Below, piece after piece: positions 34,066-46,705 of a stretch of DNA of 64,000 nucleotides (positions are counted from its first letter, which is position 1; the number at the start of each line of letters is the position of its first letter). Source of the stretch: Schizosaccharomyces osmophilus (Eukaryota). The notes beneath the pieces are model-generated. The model did not search any database and was not told where the DNA came from. It saw nothing but the letters and a program-made list of their open reading frames with translations. The stretch spans positions 1,364,001-1,428,000 of the forward strand of contig NC_079240.1 of assembly GCF_027921745.1 (NCBI RefSeq), written 5' to 3'. A program made the position numbers and the translations under genes.

Positions 34066-36754
34066 TCAAGTAGAATCTTTCATGCGAAAGAGGTGCCGCA
34101 TGGTCGGTCTCCCATGCGGACAGTTCCAAGGCTTACTTAGGTCAGCAAGATGTCTCACAACCGTAGACATTTCTGATATTGTCAAAGCTCGACCGATCAT
34201 TATACTGCTTCTACAAGCCTTGGATGCAAGCATTCTTTCTAATTTGCTACTTATGGGATTTATACGAGGATGCTCCGATAGAAGATTTAACATCTCCAAT
34301 AAATCTATCATTTCGTTAGTAAATAACATGAGTGAAAATAATTTAGCTAAGAGTACTTACCTCCTACATCAAAGACAACGCTCTTTCCAGAAGGAACAGC
34401 TATTAACTTACAGCGTTTCCCTACAGGTTCATCCATGTTCACAATAATTTCGAATCCCTTCTCACGGATCATTTCCATATGCTCAAAAAGGACAATTTCC
34501 TCAGTGGCTGCGAGATTAAGCTGTTTCGGTGCCACTAGTTCTTGTGGTTTCAATTTGACTCTACCCTTTAGTTTTTCATAATTGAATTTTTCATCACTTG
34601 CATGTTGATCTATGATGAAAAGGTTGTTTTTGTGGATGACTACTATGAATCCCCTATTAAACTGGCCAACTATTCTCATCTTCAGAAAGTCTGCTTTATG
34701 TATGGTAAGATCTAGGTGCTCCTCTTGATTGGTATCAGAAATGTCATGGATTAGACCCAGTTTGGCAGGCTCTTTCGTAATATCATCATTAAAAGTCAGA
34801 TTATTTTCCCAATTATCGAAAGAAACATCCACGGTTTCTTTTATTTTTCTTAAATTATCTGTAGGTTTCCCAAGAAAGAATTTTCGTTTTTGTAAGGCAG
34901 ACGTTTTGGGTGGAATTGGACTGGAAGAGAACACGTTTTCATTGGCTTCGACAGGAGAAGAGGAAGATAATAAAGATTCATCTGCTCCTGGTGGAGATAT
35001 AGGAAACCTCTTCGGAAATGGGGATGGTGACGGTTCAGGTCCGCTTGGGGAAATGCTTTTTAAGGATTCGGAAGCCGAACTTCTCAAAGGTGAAGGGGAT
35101 AATACATATTTTTCATCCGCTTTTGGTTTCCTTAAAGTTGAATTAGAAACAAACGATGACAAACGTTGTCGCATTTTTTCATGTGAAGCAGAAAGCCGAC
35201 TTTCCAAATTGTTATCTGATGTACCGTGCTCTGTTCCATATGTTCTCGTGGAAGTTTTATTCAATATAGGAGCTTTCATCGTATCACTTTCATTGTCTTC
35301 TCTTGAATTTGAAAGCTTTCGCTTGTGACTTGTGGAAAACTCGTTGCCATATGTATCGGCATCAATCAAGTCATCGTCCTTGCTGAAGCCCGAAAATAAA
35401 GATTTCTGAGAAGAATCGGGTTGGCTAGAGAAAGAGGCAAGGTTGATTTCATAAGGGCTAGAAGATGGTGTCGTTATGGAAGGCTGTAGCTTGGATTCTG
35501 TCAGCGAGTGCGCAGTTCCTTCACATAAGCGCTGTAAAGATTCTCTTACAAAGTCGATAATAAAATTTTCCTCAGAAAGAAAAACGGATCGTTTATCTGG
35601 AGAGACATTTACGTCCACGGTTCCTAAAGACATGTTAGAGATAAATTTCCATTGCAATGCAGTCGTACCTTCAGTTAACGTTAGGTTAATGGCAAAAAAA
35701 GGAGCTTGAGACATGCTATACATCTTAAAAACCTCTTGGATTGCTTTCACTAGTTTTGGTAGACTGATGGGTCGTCTATTAATAAACACCATTTGTTTAT
35801 CGGAAGACAATCGAACTGATCCCACGTGTGGCCTTGAGATGTATCCTTCTATAAATCCATCTTGCCATCTGACTAAATTTGATGATAACTTCGTACCGAA
35901 TATATTCATTATATTCAGGTTTATGTCCGAGTTCATATTTGTTGAAAATTGCACAACTTTCCCAGATGCCTTTGTTTGATGAAAAATTATAAATTTCTTT
36001 TCTATAGAGATGACCGCGTATGCTTGAAGCAAAGAAATTGACTTGGAAAAATCGCGCCGACAATTCCGCTCAAACACTTTTCTTCTAACAGGCAAAGTGG
36101 AAAACAGGTTATGAATGGAAACCATTGTCCCTTTCTGGGTTTAGATATTGTTAATAACGTTTCGATTCGAAAAAAGCCACTTACTTGTGAAGCAACCGTA
36201 GATTTACTTATCACAGACCCTTCATGATCTAGTTTTAGTTGAAGTCCTTTTGGAGATTCTAAGGCAGTTGCAGTTGTAATCGTCACGTCGGAAACAGAAC
36301 AAAGACTGCTTAATGCTTCTCCACGAAATCCAAATGTCTCCAGAGTATCTAAATCCCCAAATGCTTCGATCTTTGAGGTATAATGCTTTTTTCCTAGAGA
36401 AGGGTGATTAGCCTAGAATATACTCATTTGGATTGGGAATTCATACCGATAGATTCTTGATCTTCTTTTGAAATCCCCGAGCCATTATCCGAGACCTCTA
36501 TACTATCAAGACCATAATTTTTTATGCGAACCTCTACGCAAATCAGTAAGAATATGAAACCAACAATGCATATTTACCAATGGTTGTCGCACCAGCATCA
36601 AGAGCATTTTCGACCAGTTCTTTTACTGCTGACGCCAAATCTGTGATTACCTGGCCTGAGCATATTCTATGCTATTAAATGTTAAAAAATTGTTTGAAAA
36701 AGTATTTAAAGTACATACCACGGTGTCATTCGTAATAGGTCGTATAATTGACAT
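34066..36754 (-). CDS. pms1: MutL-family mismatch repair endonuclease Pms1; exons 36754-36719, 36671-36578, 36533-36447, 36393-36185, 36134-35669, 35623-34361, 34304-34066
   Basis: [63 protein letters not shown]. Confidence 0.95.
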
Positions 36755-37329
36755 GAGGACAAAATCGATGAACTCGTCAAAAGGTTCAGCCGATGCAAGT
36801 GTTTCGTGTCAATTAAGTCCGTAAATAAATACAGAAAAACAAACAAAAGAACAAGATCTAGTCACAAGGTATGCTCAATAGGGAATGATACAAAAAGTTA
36901 AGTCGAAACCATCCGGCTAAAGACATTGTTAAAGATGTATTGTTGGAAGGGTCATAAAAGCATTCGCTTTTTCAAAGTAGCTTTAAATTAAACGGCAATG
37001 AATTTAAAAAAAGTAAATGATTCACATCTAAGAGACTATTTTGATAATAATCACCGATATCTAGCAAAGGCAGTATCAGTTTTCTTTATGAAGGCGGAAA
37101 GGCTTCCACCTTGAAGAGAAGAGTAGGGCATCCTTTGACCATCCGTTTCCCAAATACTCCAAAGTAAAGAGTACCTAGTGAAGAGTACCTAGTGTGGGTA
37201 AGAGAGAAAGATGCTACTGCATGGAAACGATTATTGACAACGAAATAGGTTTTACGTTTTTTAGAAGTCATTGAAGAAAACTTTGGTGTGACTTCTACTG
37301 TATTACTAGTAATAAAAGCTTGAGAAACT

Positions 37330-38295
37330 ATGTACGAAACTCGCGACTTGACAGGTGCTGCTGGACGAATTGTGGATCAAAGTCCCTGGCCAAATAATAG
37401 TAAAATAGCGGTTTCCTTTGTGGTTAACTACGAAGAGGGTGGGGAGCGTTCCCTTTTGTACGGCGATGAGGGATTCGAAACATTTTTAACAGAGGGCGGT
37501 TTGATGCCTTTTCCCAATCGTCCCGTTCGTGAGCGTTCAATTGAATCCTGCTTTGAGTATGGATCACGCTGCGGCTTTTGGAGGATACTAAACTTATTCA
37601 AAAAGCACGAGGTTCCTTTCACCTGTTGGGCAATTGGTCAGGCAGTAGAAAAAAATCCCGTAGTCGTTAGAGCCATGGAAGAAGCCGGATGTGAAGTAGG
37701 ATCGCATTCCTACCGTTGGATTAATTACGAAAATCTTCCAGAAGACGTGGAGTATGAGCATGTTAAAAAATCGATTTTGGCTATCCAGAAAGCTTCTCCT
37801 ACCAATACTCCTCCTCGTAGCTGGTATACAGGCCGCGCTAGTCTACGCACTCGTAAAATCGTCTGTCAAGTCTATCGCGAACTTAATTTACCTCAACCTT
37901 TCGATTCGGATGATTACAATGATGACCTTCCTTACTGGGTCCCTGATCCCTTGGCTGAGGAGAAAAGCGACGAGGAAGACAAAGGTCTTTTAATCGTGCC
38001 TTACACACTTGATGTTAATGATATGAAATTTGCCGTTGCTCCAGGATTCTGTAATGGGGAAGACTTTTTCACTTACTGCCGAGACGCCTTTGATGTTTTA
38101 TATGAAGAGGGACAAAATGGTGCCCCCAAGATGATCACCATTGGCCTCCATTGTCGAATGACTGGCCGTCCAGGTCGTTTCCGTGGTTTACAAAAGTTGA
38201 TGGAGCATATTGCCCTCAAAGAAGGTGTTTGGGTTGCTACTCGAGAACAAATCGCAAATGCATGGGCTTCCAAGCATCCTTATCAAAAGCAATAG
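37330..38295 (+). CDS. cda1: Polysaccharide-deacetylase-fold protein Cda1, PuuE-type allantoinase-like
   Basis: VVNYEEGGE, ESCFEYGSRCGFWRI, HSYRW, VPYTLDVNDM, KMITIGLHCRMTGRPGR. Confidence 0.88.
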   Translation: MYETRDLTGAAGRIVDQSPWPNNSKIAVSFVVNYEEGGERSLLYGDEGFETFLTEGGLMPFPNRPVRERSIESCFEYGSRCGFWRILNLFKKHEVPFTCWAIGQAVEKNPVVVRAMEEAGCEVGSHSYRWINYENLPEDVEYEHVKKSILAIQKASPTNTPPRSWYTGRASLRTRKIVCQVYRELNLPQPFDSDDYNDDLPYWVPDPLAEEKSDEEDKGLLIVPYTLDVNDMKFAVAPGFCNGEDFFTYCRDAFDVLYEEGQNGAPKMITIGLHCRMTGRPGRFRGLQKLMEHIALKEGVWVATREQIANAWASKHPYQKQ

Positions 38296-38787
38296 CTGTC
38301 AACTTACAAAAATCAAGGTTGATGTAAGCAATGAATGCTTTGCTTGAATCAAACTCAACGTTATAGTGAATGCAACGCGTTCCCAAAAGGCAAGCATTCA
38401 TTTATAGAAATCGTTAAGAACTTCTTTCGATCTTAGATATGACTTTAATTTTAAATAGATGTTATGCACTTAATGAAATTGAATAAAAATGCTTATTATG
38501 TTATTCTTCATGAATAAAAGCTATAGAGAATCGGCTTCCAGCTTTCTTACAAACAACACACAACATGATGGTGTATTCCTTTTACAGGTTCTAATTATTA
38601 TCCGGCATTTCGGTGTCGATAATGAATAAATTCAGATATTGTTTCAATGGAGGGCTCATTCACTTCCAAAAACTATCAACGTTTCAGGTATGCCTAATCT
38701 TACTCCTATGCAGGGATTATAAACTAACTTTATATGCTCTGAGTTTGGAAATAACCATCTCCCTTAACTTGACAAAGTACGTCTCCA

Positions 38788-39357
38788 ATGGATCAAAAAT
38801 TCCTTTCTCCTAAACTATTTACACCTGAAAGCTTTGCTCCATATGGGACAGTCGTTCAGCCACAGGAGAACGGCCCTATGGTAGTAGCAAACGGCGGTAC
38901 AGCCAAGAAATATCTCGGAGTCTCTGAATCCGAAAACAACTATAAAAAATCTTCTACTCCTTCCTCTAAAGCAACCTGGAATTTCTTTTCCACCAAACCG
39001 TCCGTCTTTCCCGCCGATGAAGAATCACCAGCCTTTCAAATAAGAGTTTTAGAAAGACACCCTTATACGACGCAAACATTTATTCCTCTTTGCAGGGACG
39101 CTCAAGAAAGCAGTTATCTGGTTGCTGTCGCTCCTGATGCTCCTGATGGGTTACCTGACTGGGATCGCGTTGAAACATTTGTTGCTAAAGGTTGTCAAGG
39201 TGTCACTTACGCCGCTTCCGTTTGGCACGCCCCCATGGTTACTATTGGAAAGGAAACTATGCTAGTTGCATTCAACTTTGAGAACGGAGTAGATGATGAT
39301 GACTGTCAGGTTCAAGCAGCTCCTTCTCCCTTGGATGTCTACGTGAAGCGCGATTAA
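38788..39357 (+). CDS. dal3: Ureidoglycolate lyase/hydrolase (Dal3/AllA family)
   Basis: TPESFAPYG, ANGGTA, LERHPYTTQTFIP, QGVTYAASVWHAP. Confidence 0.88.
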   Translation: MDQKFLSPKLFTPESFAPYGTVVQPQENGPMVVANGGTAKKYLGVSESENNYKKSSTPSSKATWNFFSTKPSVFPADEESPAFQIRVLERHPYTTQTFIPLCRDAQESSYLVAVAPDAPDGLPDWDRVETFVAKGCQGVTYAASVWHAPMVTIGKETMLVAFNFENGVDDDDCQVQAAPSPLDVYVKRD

Positions 39358-40204
39358 AGCAGTGCCTGTCTTTCTTTTATGCTGTCGTATTTACTTAAGC
39401 TAGAAATTATGATTTAGAGATTGCAAGTTATGTTGGATTTATAGGTTTACGGAGAAAGCATTTGAAGCCTTTAAACCCAGACAGCTTTATGTCTAAATTT
39501 CTCTGTAATATTAGATAGTTTCCGATTGCTTACATGGCCACTTTTAGCTTTCAGTTTTTATTTGGCATTGCTGAATACAGAGAATAAGCGTGAAACATTT
39601 GGTGGTTCCGCAAGTCTCATGGAATTGCAACAATCCTCTATTCTCCTACGCGAATGTATTCAAATTTTTAAATCATGGCGTTACATATCTATTGTTTGTG
39701 TAGTTCCGGTGGATGATATTTGTCTTTCAATCCTCAGAACATTAAGAATTATTCTTTGGAATTACTGTACTAGCTGAATGATACTGTCTCGCTTCAAGCA
39801 CCTGTAGCCAAATTCATAAATTGAATTACAAGAACAATAAGGATAAAACTTCTTTTATATTTAAAAGGTAGTAATTTTGTAAATAAGAGTGAATACTGTC
39901 TACCTATAAATTTCATAATGATACGTCTACTTGAATAGTTCATGTATTAGTGAACCCGCCAAAACACCCTTTTTCGCTTATAATTTCCAACTTTCAACTC
40001 GTTTTGTCTTTTAGGAGAAAATCTATGCTATTATAAGACTTTTTACGCACATTGCTTTGTTCATTGCTGGCTTTTTGAGTGTTTTAAAGAAAATACAACA
40101 TTCTGTAGGTTTCATTGGAATCCATTCATCTGAGGACTTGCAATCCCCCACAAAAGACTGAATTCAATTGATTCTTATTCCGACATAACGAACACGCTTG
40201 TACA

Positions 40205-41086
40205 ATGTCTGCGACGGTAAAAAAAAACAACAAAAATGTGGACGCAAATCACCCAGGTCCGGTAAAGAGTATTTTAGCTGGTGGTATTGCCGGTGCTGTG
40301 GAAATTTCTATAACTTATCCTGCTGAATTTGCCAAGACTCGTCTTCAGCTGTATCGCCAAGTTGAGGGTGTAAAAGGAAAGTTACCGCGTTTTGGCTTGG
40401 AATGGTACAAAGGCTGCTCAACAGTAATTATTGGAAATTCTTTAAAAGCAGCTGTTCGATTTTTCGCGTTTGATAGTATAAAAAAGACACTCGCCGATGA
40501 AAACGGTCGTTTAACTGGACCTCGAACGGTACTCGCCGGCTTGGGTGCCGGAGTTGCAGAGTCTACGCTCGTTTTGACGCCTTTTGAAAGTATCAAAACT
40601 GCTATCATTGATGAAGGAAAGAAGCCCAATCCTCGATATAATGGATTCTTAAAAGGTTCTAAAACTATCCTCAAAGACGGAGGTATTCCAGCTTTGTATC
40701 GCGGTTTGCTTCCTACAGTAGCTCGTCAAGCTACGAACTCTGGTGTTCGCTTCACAGCCTACAACAGCATCAAGCAATCCCTTCAAAGCCGACTCCCTCC
40801 TGACGAGTCTCTTGGTACTGTGCCTACCTTTCTCGTGGGTTCTGTAGCTGGTATTATAACTGTCTACTGCACCCAACCGATTGATACTATCAAGAGCCGC
40901 ATGCAATCTTTAACTGCTAAGCAAGAGTACAAGAATAGCTTCCATTGTGCATACAAGATATTCACTCAGGATGGTATCTTACGGTTCTGGTCCGGCGCAA
41001 CTCCTCGTTTGGCTCGATTAATTCTCAGTGGTGGTATCGTTTTTACTGTATATGAAAAAGTTATGGATGCTTTACAGATTTTTTAA
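40205..41086 (+). CDS. mce1: Mitochondrial citrate/tricarboxylate carrier (SLC25)
   Basis: Three PX[DE]XXK motifs (YPAEFAKTRLQ, TPFESIKT, QPIDTIKSRMQ); KAAVRF and RQATNSGVRF typical of citrate carriers. Confidence 0.88.
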   Translation: MSATVKKNNKNVDANHPGPVKSILAGGIAGAVEISITYPAEFAKTRLQLYRQVEGVKGKLPRFGLEWYKGCSTVIIGNSLKAAVRFFAFDSIKKTLADENGRLTGPRTVLAGLGAGVAESTLVLTPFESIKTAIIDEGKKPNPRYNGFLKGSKTILKDGGIPALYRGLLPTVARQATNSGVRFTAYNSIKQSLQSRLPPDESLGTVPTFLVGSVAGIITVYCTQPIDTIKSRMQSLTAKQEYKNSFHCAYKIFTQDGILRFWSGATPRLARLILSGGIVFTVYEKVMDALQIF

Positions 41087-41716
41087 TTTATTTTCTCCAA
41101 TCTTTGTTTTCTCGTTTTATTCATTTTGTGATACCCAGCCATTAATCTTAATTTTCACGTAATAATCGAAAACCAACTGCAGAGCGAGAACACAATTTTC
41201 TTCTTTTCCTTAAATCCGCACACTTCTTTTGAATCTACTATCGCTGTACTGCTTTATCTTTTAAAACCAAAAAGTTCGACATGAATAATTTCATTAACGA
41301 CTAACAAGAAAACAAATTACACCTAGACAAATAAAACTGACCAAGTCATAGGCTATAAAATAAACAGGAAAAACCATTAGAAGAAACTCCACACAAATGT
41401 TGAAATTACAATGCAAATGTTCCAAGGATTGCTCCTCACTGAATTAGAGGTTCAAAGAGAGCTTACGATTGTAAACGCATTAATGTACAGGTGGCTATCA
41501 TGAATCGACTCCAGATTTTCGTAGAACTTTGCAAAAGGAAACACGCTCGTTTCTATTGCAAACGACATACGTCTGAATCCGGTATTCTTGAAGCCTCGTA
41601 GCAAGACCTTGCATCATGATACCTCTATGGGAATAACATGCAGGGGAATTAGGTCAAAAGACATCCAAGAAGGCAGGCAACCAAAAACAAACCAACAAAC
41701 TTTGTAAGAAAGTAAT

Positions 41717-42145
<429 letters not shown>

Positions 42146-42239
42146 TTAGATATAGGTGTCCGAATCCAGATACACTCTTTTTTTGGGATATATGGAAAGG
42201 GCTAGTCGCGTGAGTCTATATATATGTACCAGGTTCTTG

Positions 42240-42255
42240 GGGTTAGGGTTTTGAT
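42240..42255 (-). promoter_or_regulatory. AACCCT box (Ams2 histone-gene element) ATCAAAACCCTAACCC
   Basis: Matches the fission-yeast histone promoter consensus ~130 bp upstream of the H2A ATG, next to TATATATA. Confidence 0.85.
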
Positions 42256-42692
42256 GAAATGTGCGACGCGTCACGAACTCTGTGATTATGACACGTAACG
42301 CGTCTCCTTAACGCTGATACTGCAGCGAGGACGCATACAGTGCGAAATGTAAACCGAGGAAAAAGAGTCGAAAGGCTTTGGTGTGCTATGCTATTCTTCC
42401 TACTCATGCTCTCATTAATTAAAAACAAGCATTCTTGCTCTTTTGCAGCAGCAGATAAAAAATAAAGTAATTCAAGATTATATTTTATTAGTTTCTATAT
42501 TAAAGTGCAAACAATCACGGTTTTGATTATATATGTATATTCTTCTTCATCTGCATCAAAAAGACAAAGTAGCGTTTGATTAGCCTTTAATAAATTATTC
42601 TCTTTTCTTCACGTTTAAACCACCTTGTTTATTTCATGCTCTTCCATCATTGAATAGCGTCCTTTGTTCACTGTCCAAACAGGATATTCCAC

Positions 42693-44819
42693 CTAAACAT
42701 GCTTAGCATCAGGAAACCTGACATTATAATCAGCCTCAGAAATTTTAGAAGCTATAATTTTGCGGCCACCAAACCATCGCTGATGAAGACCAAGAACGGC
42801 TTTTTCACATTCTCCAGATGTCTTAAACTTGACAAAAATTTCACCGGCTTCAGTTGGTATTACGGTGATATGCATTACTCTTCCATATTTATTTTCACAT
42901 TCTTCACGAACGTCTTGTTCAAGTTCCTCCACCCAAGTAGCAGACGTTTCTCTAAAACAGAAGTGTTAGTAGGACAAGTCATGGCAATGGTGTATGTCAG
43001 ACTTACTCTTTAGGATCAAACATATTTTTTAAGATAACAGACCGATATCGACTTGGATCAGGCTGCACATCCGTCGTTCTATGCGATCGTTAGTATTTCT
43101 GGAATTATTAAAATTTCAAATAAACATACGGAACAGGAGTAGTATCATCAGTTCGTGCAAGTCTTTTCATAAGCTCGTCCCGTGAAATTGTACGGCCTTC
43201 CTCCTCACTAGGAGACAAAGGTTCTGCTCCTGGAGACAAAGCTCTAGATGTAGAAACGGGAGTATGGCGCACCCGTCCTTGACGAGAATGTGAGTGTTCA
43301 GTCCGATTCATCATGTCATCAAATCGTCTCAGCATGGAACTAGTCGTTTCCGTAGTAAACTTGTCATTTCCTAAACAAACCCGCATGCTTCTACCAGCTA
43401 AATCAAATCCGTTCATTTTCTCAAGTGCATTTCGAGCACACTTTGGATCTCGGTATCTAAACATATGTCAGTATATTGGAAATCAGACCATATCGTCATA
43501 CTGTATATAGCCAAAGCCTTTGCTTCTATTTTGGTCGTCTCGGTGCAAACGAACAAGTTCAATCTCGCCGAACGGCTCGAAAATGGCTTGTACGTCTTCA
43601 TCACTAAGGTTAAAGTGAATATTAGCAATACATAATCTGTGAAAAGGGATTTCCGCATTGGCTGCCCGAGTCGTTCTGGAAAAAGGTTAGCTACCAAAAT
43701 TCTTGAAATGAAAAAAAAAGAAACGTACTCTGCTGCTTCACGAGCTTTACGGTTTTTCTCGGCTTCCGTGAGCTGAACAATGACAGGAATACCTAAAAGA
43801 CGTTTTCCTGAAAGAGAAAGTGCATGTTGAACAGAATCTTCGTCTCGAAATTCTACATACGCAACTCTAAGAAATTCGTTAGTAAAGATAAATTAAGTTT
43901 ATTCACTTCATCATACCCTTTGGAGCGGCCGCTAACTTTGTCTCGGACGATTTGAGCATCACGAACAGGACCAGCATGTTCAAAAAATTCGTATAACTCC
44001 CTAGTAGTTAATCTATTTGCTAATTGAGAAACAAACACGGTACGTCTATCAAGGTCGTCTTCATTGATGGGAGAGGGATCATGAGCTCGAGTTCTGCCTC
44101 TACTACGATCGCGACGTCGGCTTCGACGCTCATAGTCATCCTCGTCGTCCCGTCGATGAGGATGACGCTCTTCCCGATATCGATTGCGTCTGCTAGAATA
44201 GCGAGGAGGGCTTCGAGAGCTTTCCTCGTGTCGACGATAAGAACGGTCGCTGCGAGAGTACCGCCTACGTGATCGAGGGCTGTTGCCACGTACGCCTTCA
44301 GGAGACCGATAGCGACGAGAAGTTCCTGGGGAGGAGGATCGTGAGTGGGAACGGCCTCTTTTGGAAACTGGGCTTAAAGAGCTATGAGTAGAACGGTGTG
44401 GTCGTTCACGATCATCCAGGTAGTGAGCCGGACGAGATTTGCTTTCGTTGTAGCGATAACCCATAGAAACAGGAGGAGGGGTCAAGCGACCATCATTGCC
44501 ATGATCCCGATAAGTTTTATGAGAACTGGAAACGGAATTCGATGGTACCCCGTTTGGCTCATTTGTTGAGGGATTTGGAATGGAAGAAGCCGGACGAGTG
44601 TCATGTACATTTGAGGAGAGAGATGGCACGGGTTGCTGTTGTGAATTAGTGGATTCAGAAGAGTTCTAAAAAAAAGTTAGTTATGCATTTTTCGTCGAGG
44701 GCGTCCACATGGTTTGCTGCCGCATGATGTGGTACATATATGTACATATACGGTTGGAGTTATCATACCTCTTGCTTACGAAAGGGAGCCTCAGCCAAGG
44801 CCTCTGCATCTAGATACAT
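42693..44819 (-). CDS. rsd1: RBM39/CAPER-like splicing factor Rsd1; exons 44819-44769, 44665-43917, 43866-43729, 43675-43502, 43456-43130, 43078-43007, 42951-42693
   Basis: RS-rich region, RRM1 ([19 protein letters not shown]), RRM2 (NIHFNL), UHM ([15 protein letters not shown]); six canonical introns. Confidence 0.9.
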
Positions 44820-45557
44820 GTTGGAAGCAATCCTTGAAACAAAACTTGAGATAAAACACACCGATTATAAGAAAGACGGACTAAAAAAAAATAAAAGAAA
44901 ACAAAGTACTACAATAAGAGCAATCAAACAAAAAGATGAAACGACAAATCCAAGCGTTTCCACAGCAATTGCTAAATGTCAGCAATAGGAGAGAAGAAAA
45001 ACAGGGCAAGGAAGCCAGATAAACCACTGTATAAAATTTCTGTAAAAAACCAAAACCCTTTGCAATTGAAACCAGAGTTCTAGTGAATTTTTTGTTTCTG
45101 TTGTTCCTGGCGGTTTCACGTACAATTTGGAGGCACAAAGGATCTGGTTTACCGCATTTGTCACCTTTCTCGGTAACTCAGCTTCCGATGATGTTTAACG
45201 ATGGTAACCTGATTTATTGTATGTGCCCTACCCTTACTTCTTTTGACCGTGGGGGGATTTGAATCAAATTCTATATTTATTAGCTTGACTAATCGTGCCG
45301 TCTGCAAATTACTGCAAAATTGCCAATTGAGGAAGAAATCGTAAATTCACGAGTTTTTGGATCTTCGTTTCATTAAAATCGAAATAGAAGATTATTAAAT
45401 CTCATATTTATTGTTTGTATCATCAACTTGCTGTTTAAGGTGTTGTTGCTAGAAATTGGATTTCACAGCACCGTCCGCAAAATAAGGAATAGTCTATTTA
45501 ATTTTTCATATTGAAGACTCAATTTCGTAAAACTTTACATTTGGTTTTCTTGCAGTT

Positions 45558-46705
45558 ATGGTTAATCTTCCTAATACCTGTATCATCTTATCAGATGGTG
45601 TCGAATATGATGGTATGAAGAATTATACTGGAAAGGCGGTGTTTCTAGATGCTTTCCTTTGAACTTATTATTTGTTTTAACAATGACTTCCATACTAACT
45701 TAACATTTAGTAACGAATGGAAATTTGGCCAGGCCCGAATTTGCTGAAGTTGTCCATCGTTATCAAAAGAAGGACGTTGGTAATCTTGCCAAGGGCATTA
45801 GCGTCGACAATCAAAAAGACGCAGAGATAATTCGCGAACTTTTGGAAAATGGTTCGAAACCGGTCAAGAATAAAGAGTTTAGTGATCTAGTGGACCAAAA
45901 CATCGGCGATGGTTACGGTAACGACTTTGTTGTGAAGCCTACCAATATTGATAAGGATTATGAAAAGAATCGATTCTTGGATTTGAAAAAGCCCATGGTG
46001 CCACAGATTCTTTTCAGCAATATGTCTAAAGATGTATATTTGGACCAAGTTCACCGTCCTCGCCATTATAATGGAAGCGGTTCTGCTCCTTTGTTTGGTA
46101 ACTTTATGGAACCTTTCAGTAAAACCCCTTGGTATGCGATACCTATGATTTGGATCCCTTGCATCACATACTTTTTTATGCAGTCTTGTACCGGTATTCC
46201 TGTTCCTCTCGCCTTCACCATGTTTTTTATTGGTCTTGGTGTCTGGAGCATTGTGGAGTACTTTATGCACCGTTGTCTATTTCACTTAGACGAGTATACG
46301 CCAGATCACCCCGTATTCCTTACTTTACACTTTTTGTTCCATGGTGTTCATCACTTCTTGCCTGCTGACAGATATCGCCTTGTTATGCCCCCGACGCTCT
46401 TCATCTTCTTTGCTACCCCTTGGTACCGTTTGGTGCGTTTGATTCTGCCTTACCATTTGGCCATTGCTGGTTTCTCTGGTGGTGTCTTTGGTTATGTCTG
46501 CTATGACTTGACTCACTATTTTTTGCATCATAAGCGTTTGCCCCATGGATACTTCACTGAATTAAAGACCTGGCACTTGGACCACCATTACAAGGATTAC
46601 AAAACCGCCTTCGGCGTCACCAGTTCATTTTGGGACCGCGTATTTGGAACGCTTGGACCTTCTTTGACCAATAAAGCCCCCGCAGACACTGTCAAAGTTA
46701 AGTAA
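45558..46705 (+). CDS. scs7: Sphingolipid fatty-acid alpha-hydroxylase; exons 45558-45612, 45711-46705
   Basis: His boxes EYFMHRCLFH, HGVHH, HYFLHH, HLDHH; DRYRLVMPP; intron GTATGA..CTAAC..TAG. Confidence 0.92.

Noticed and set aside
42240..42250. GGTTAGGGTT as an interstitial telomere repeat
   Set aside because: Fully explained as the histone AACCCT promoter box
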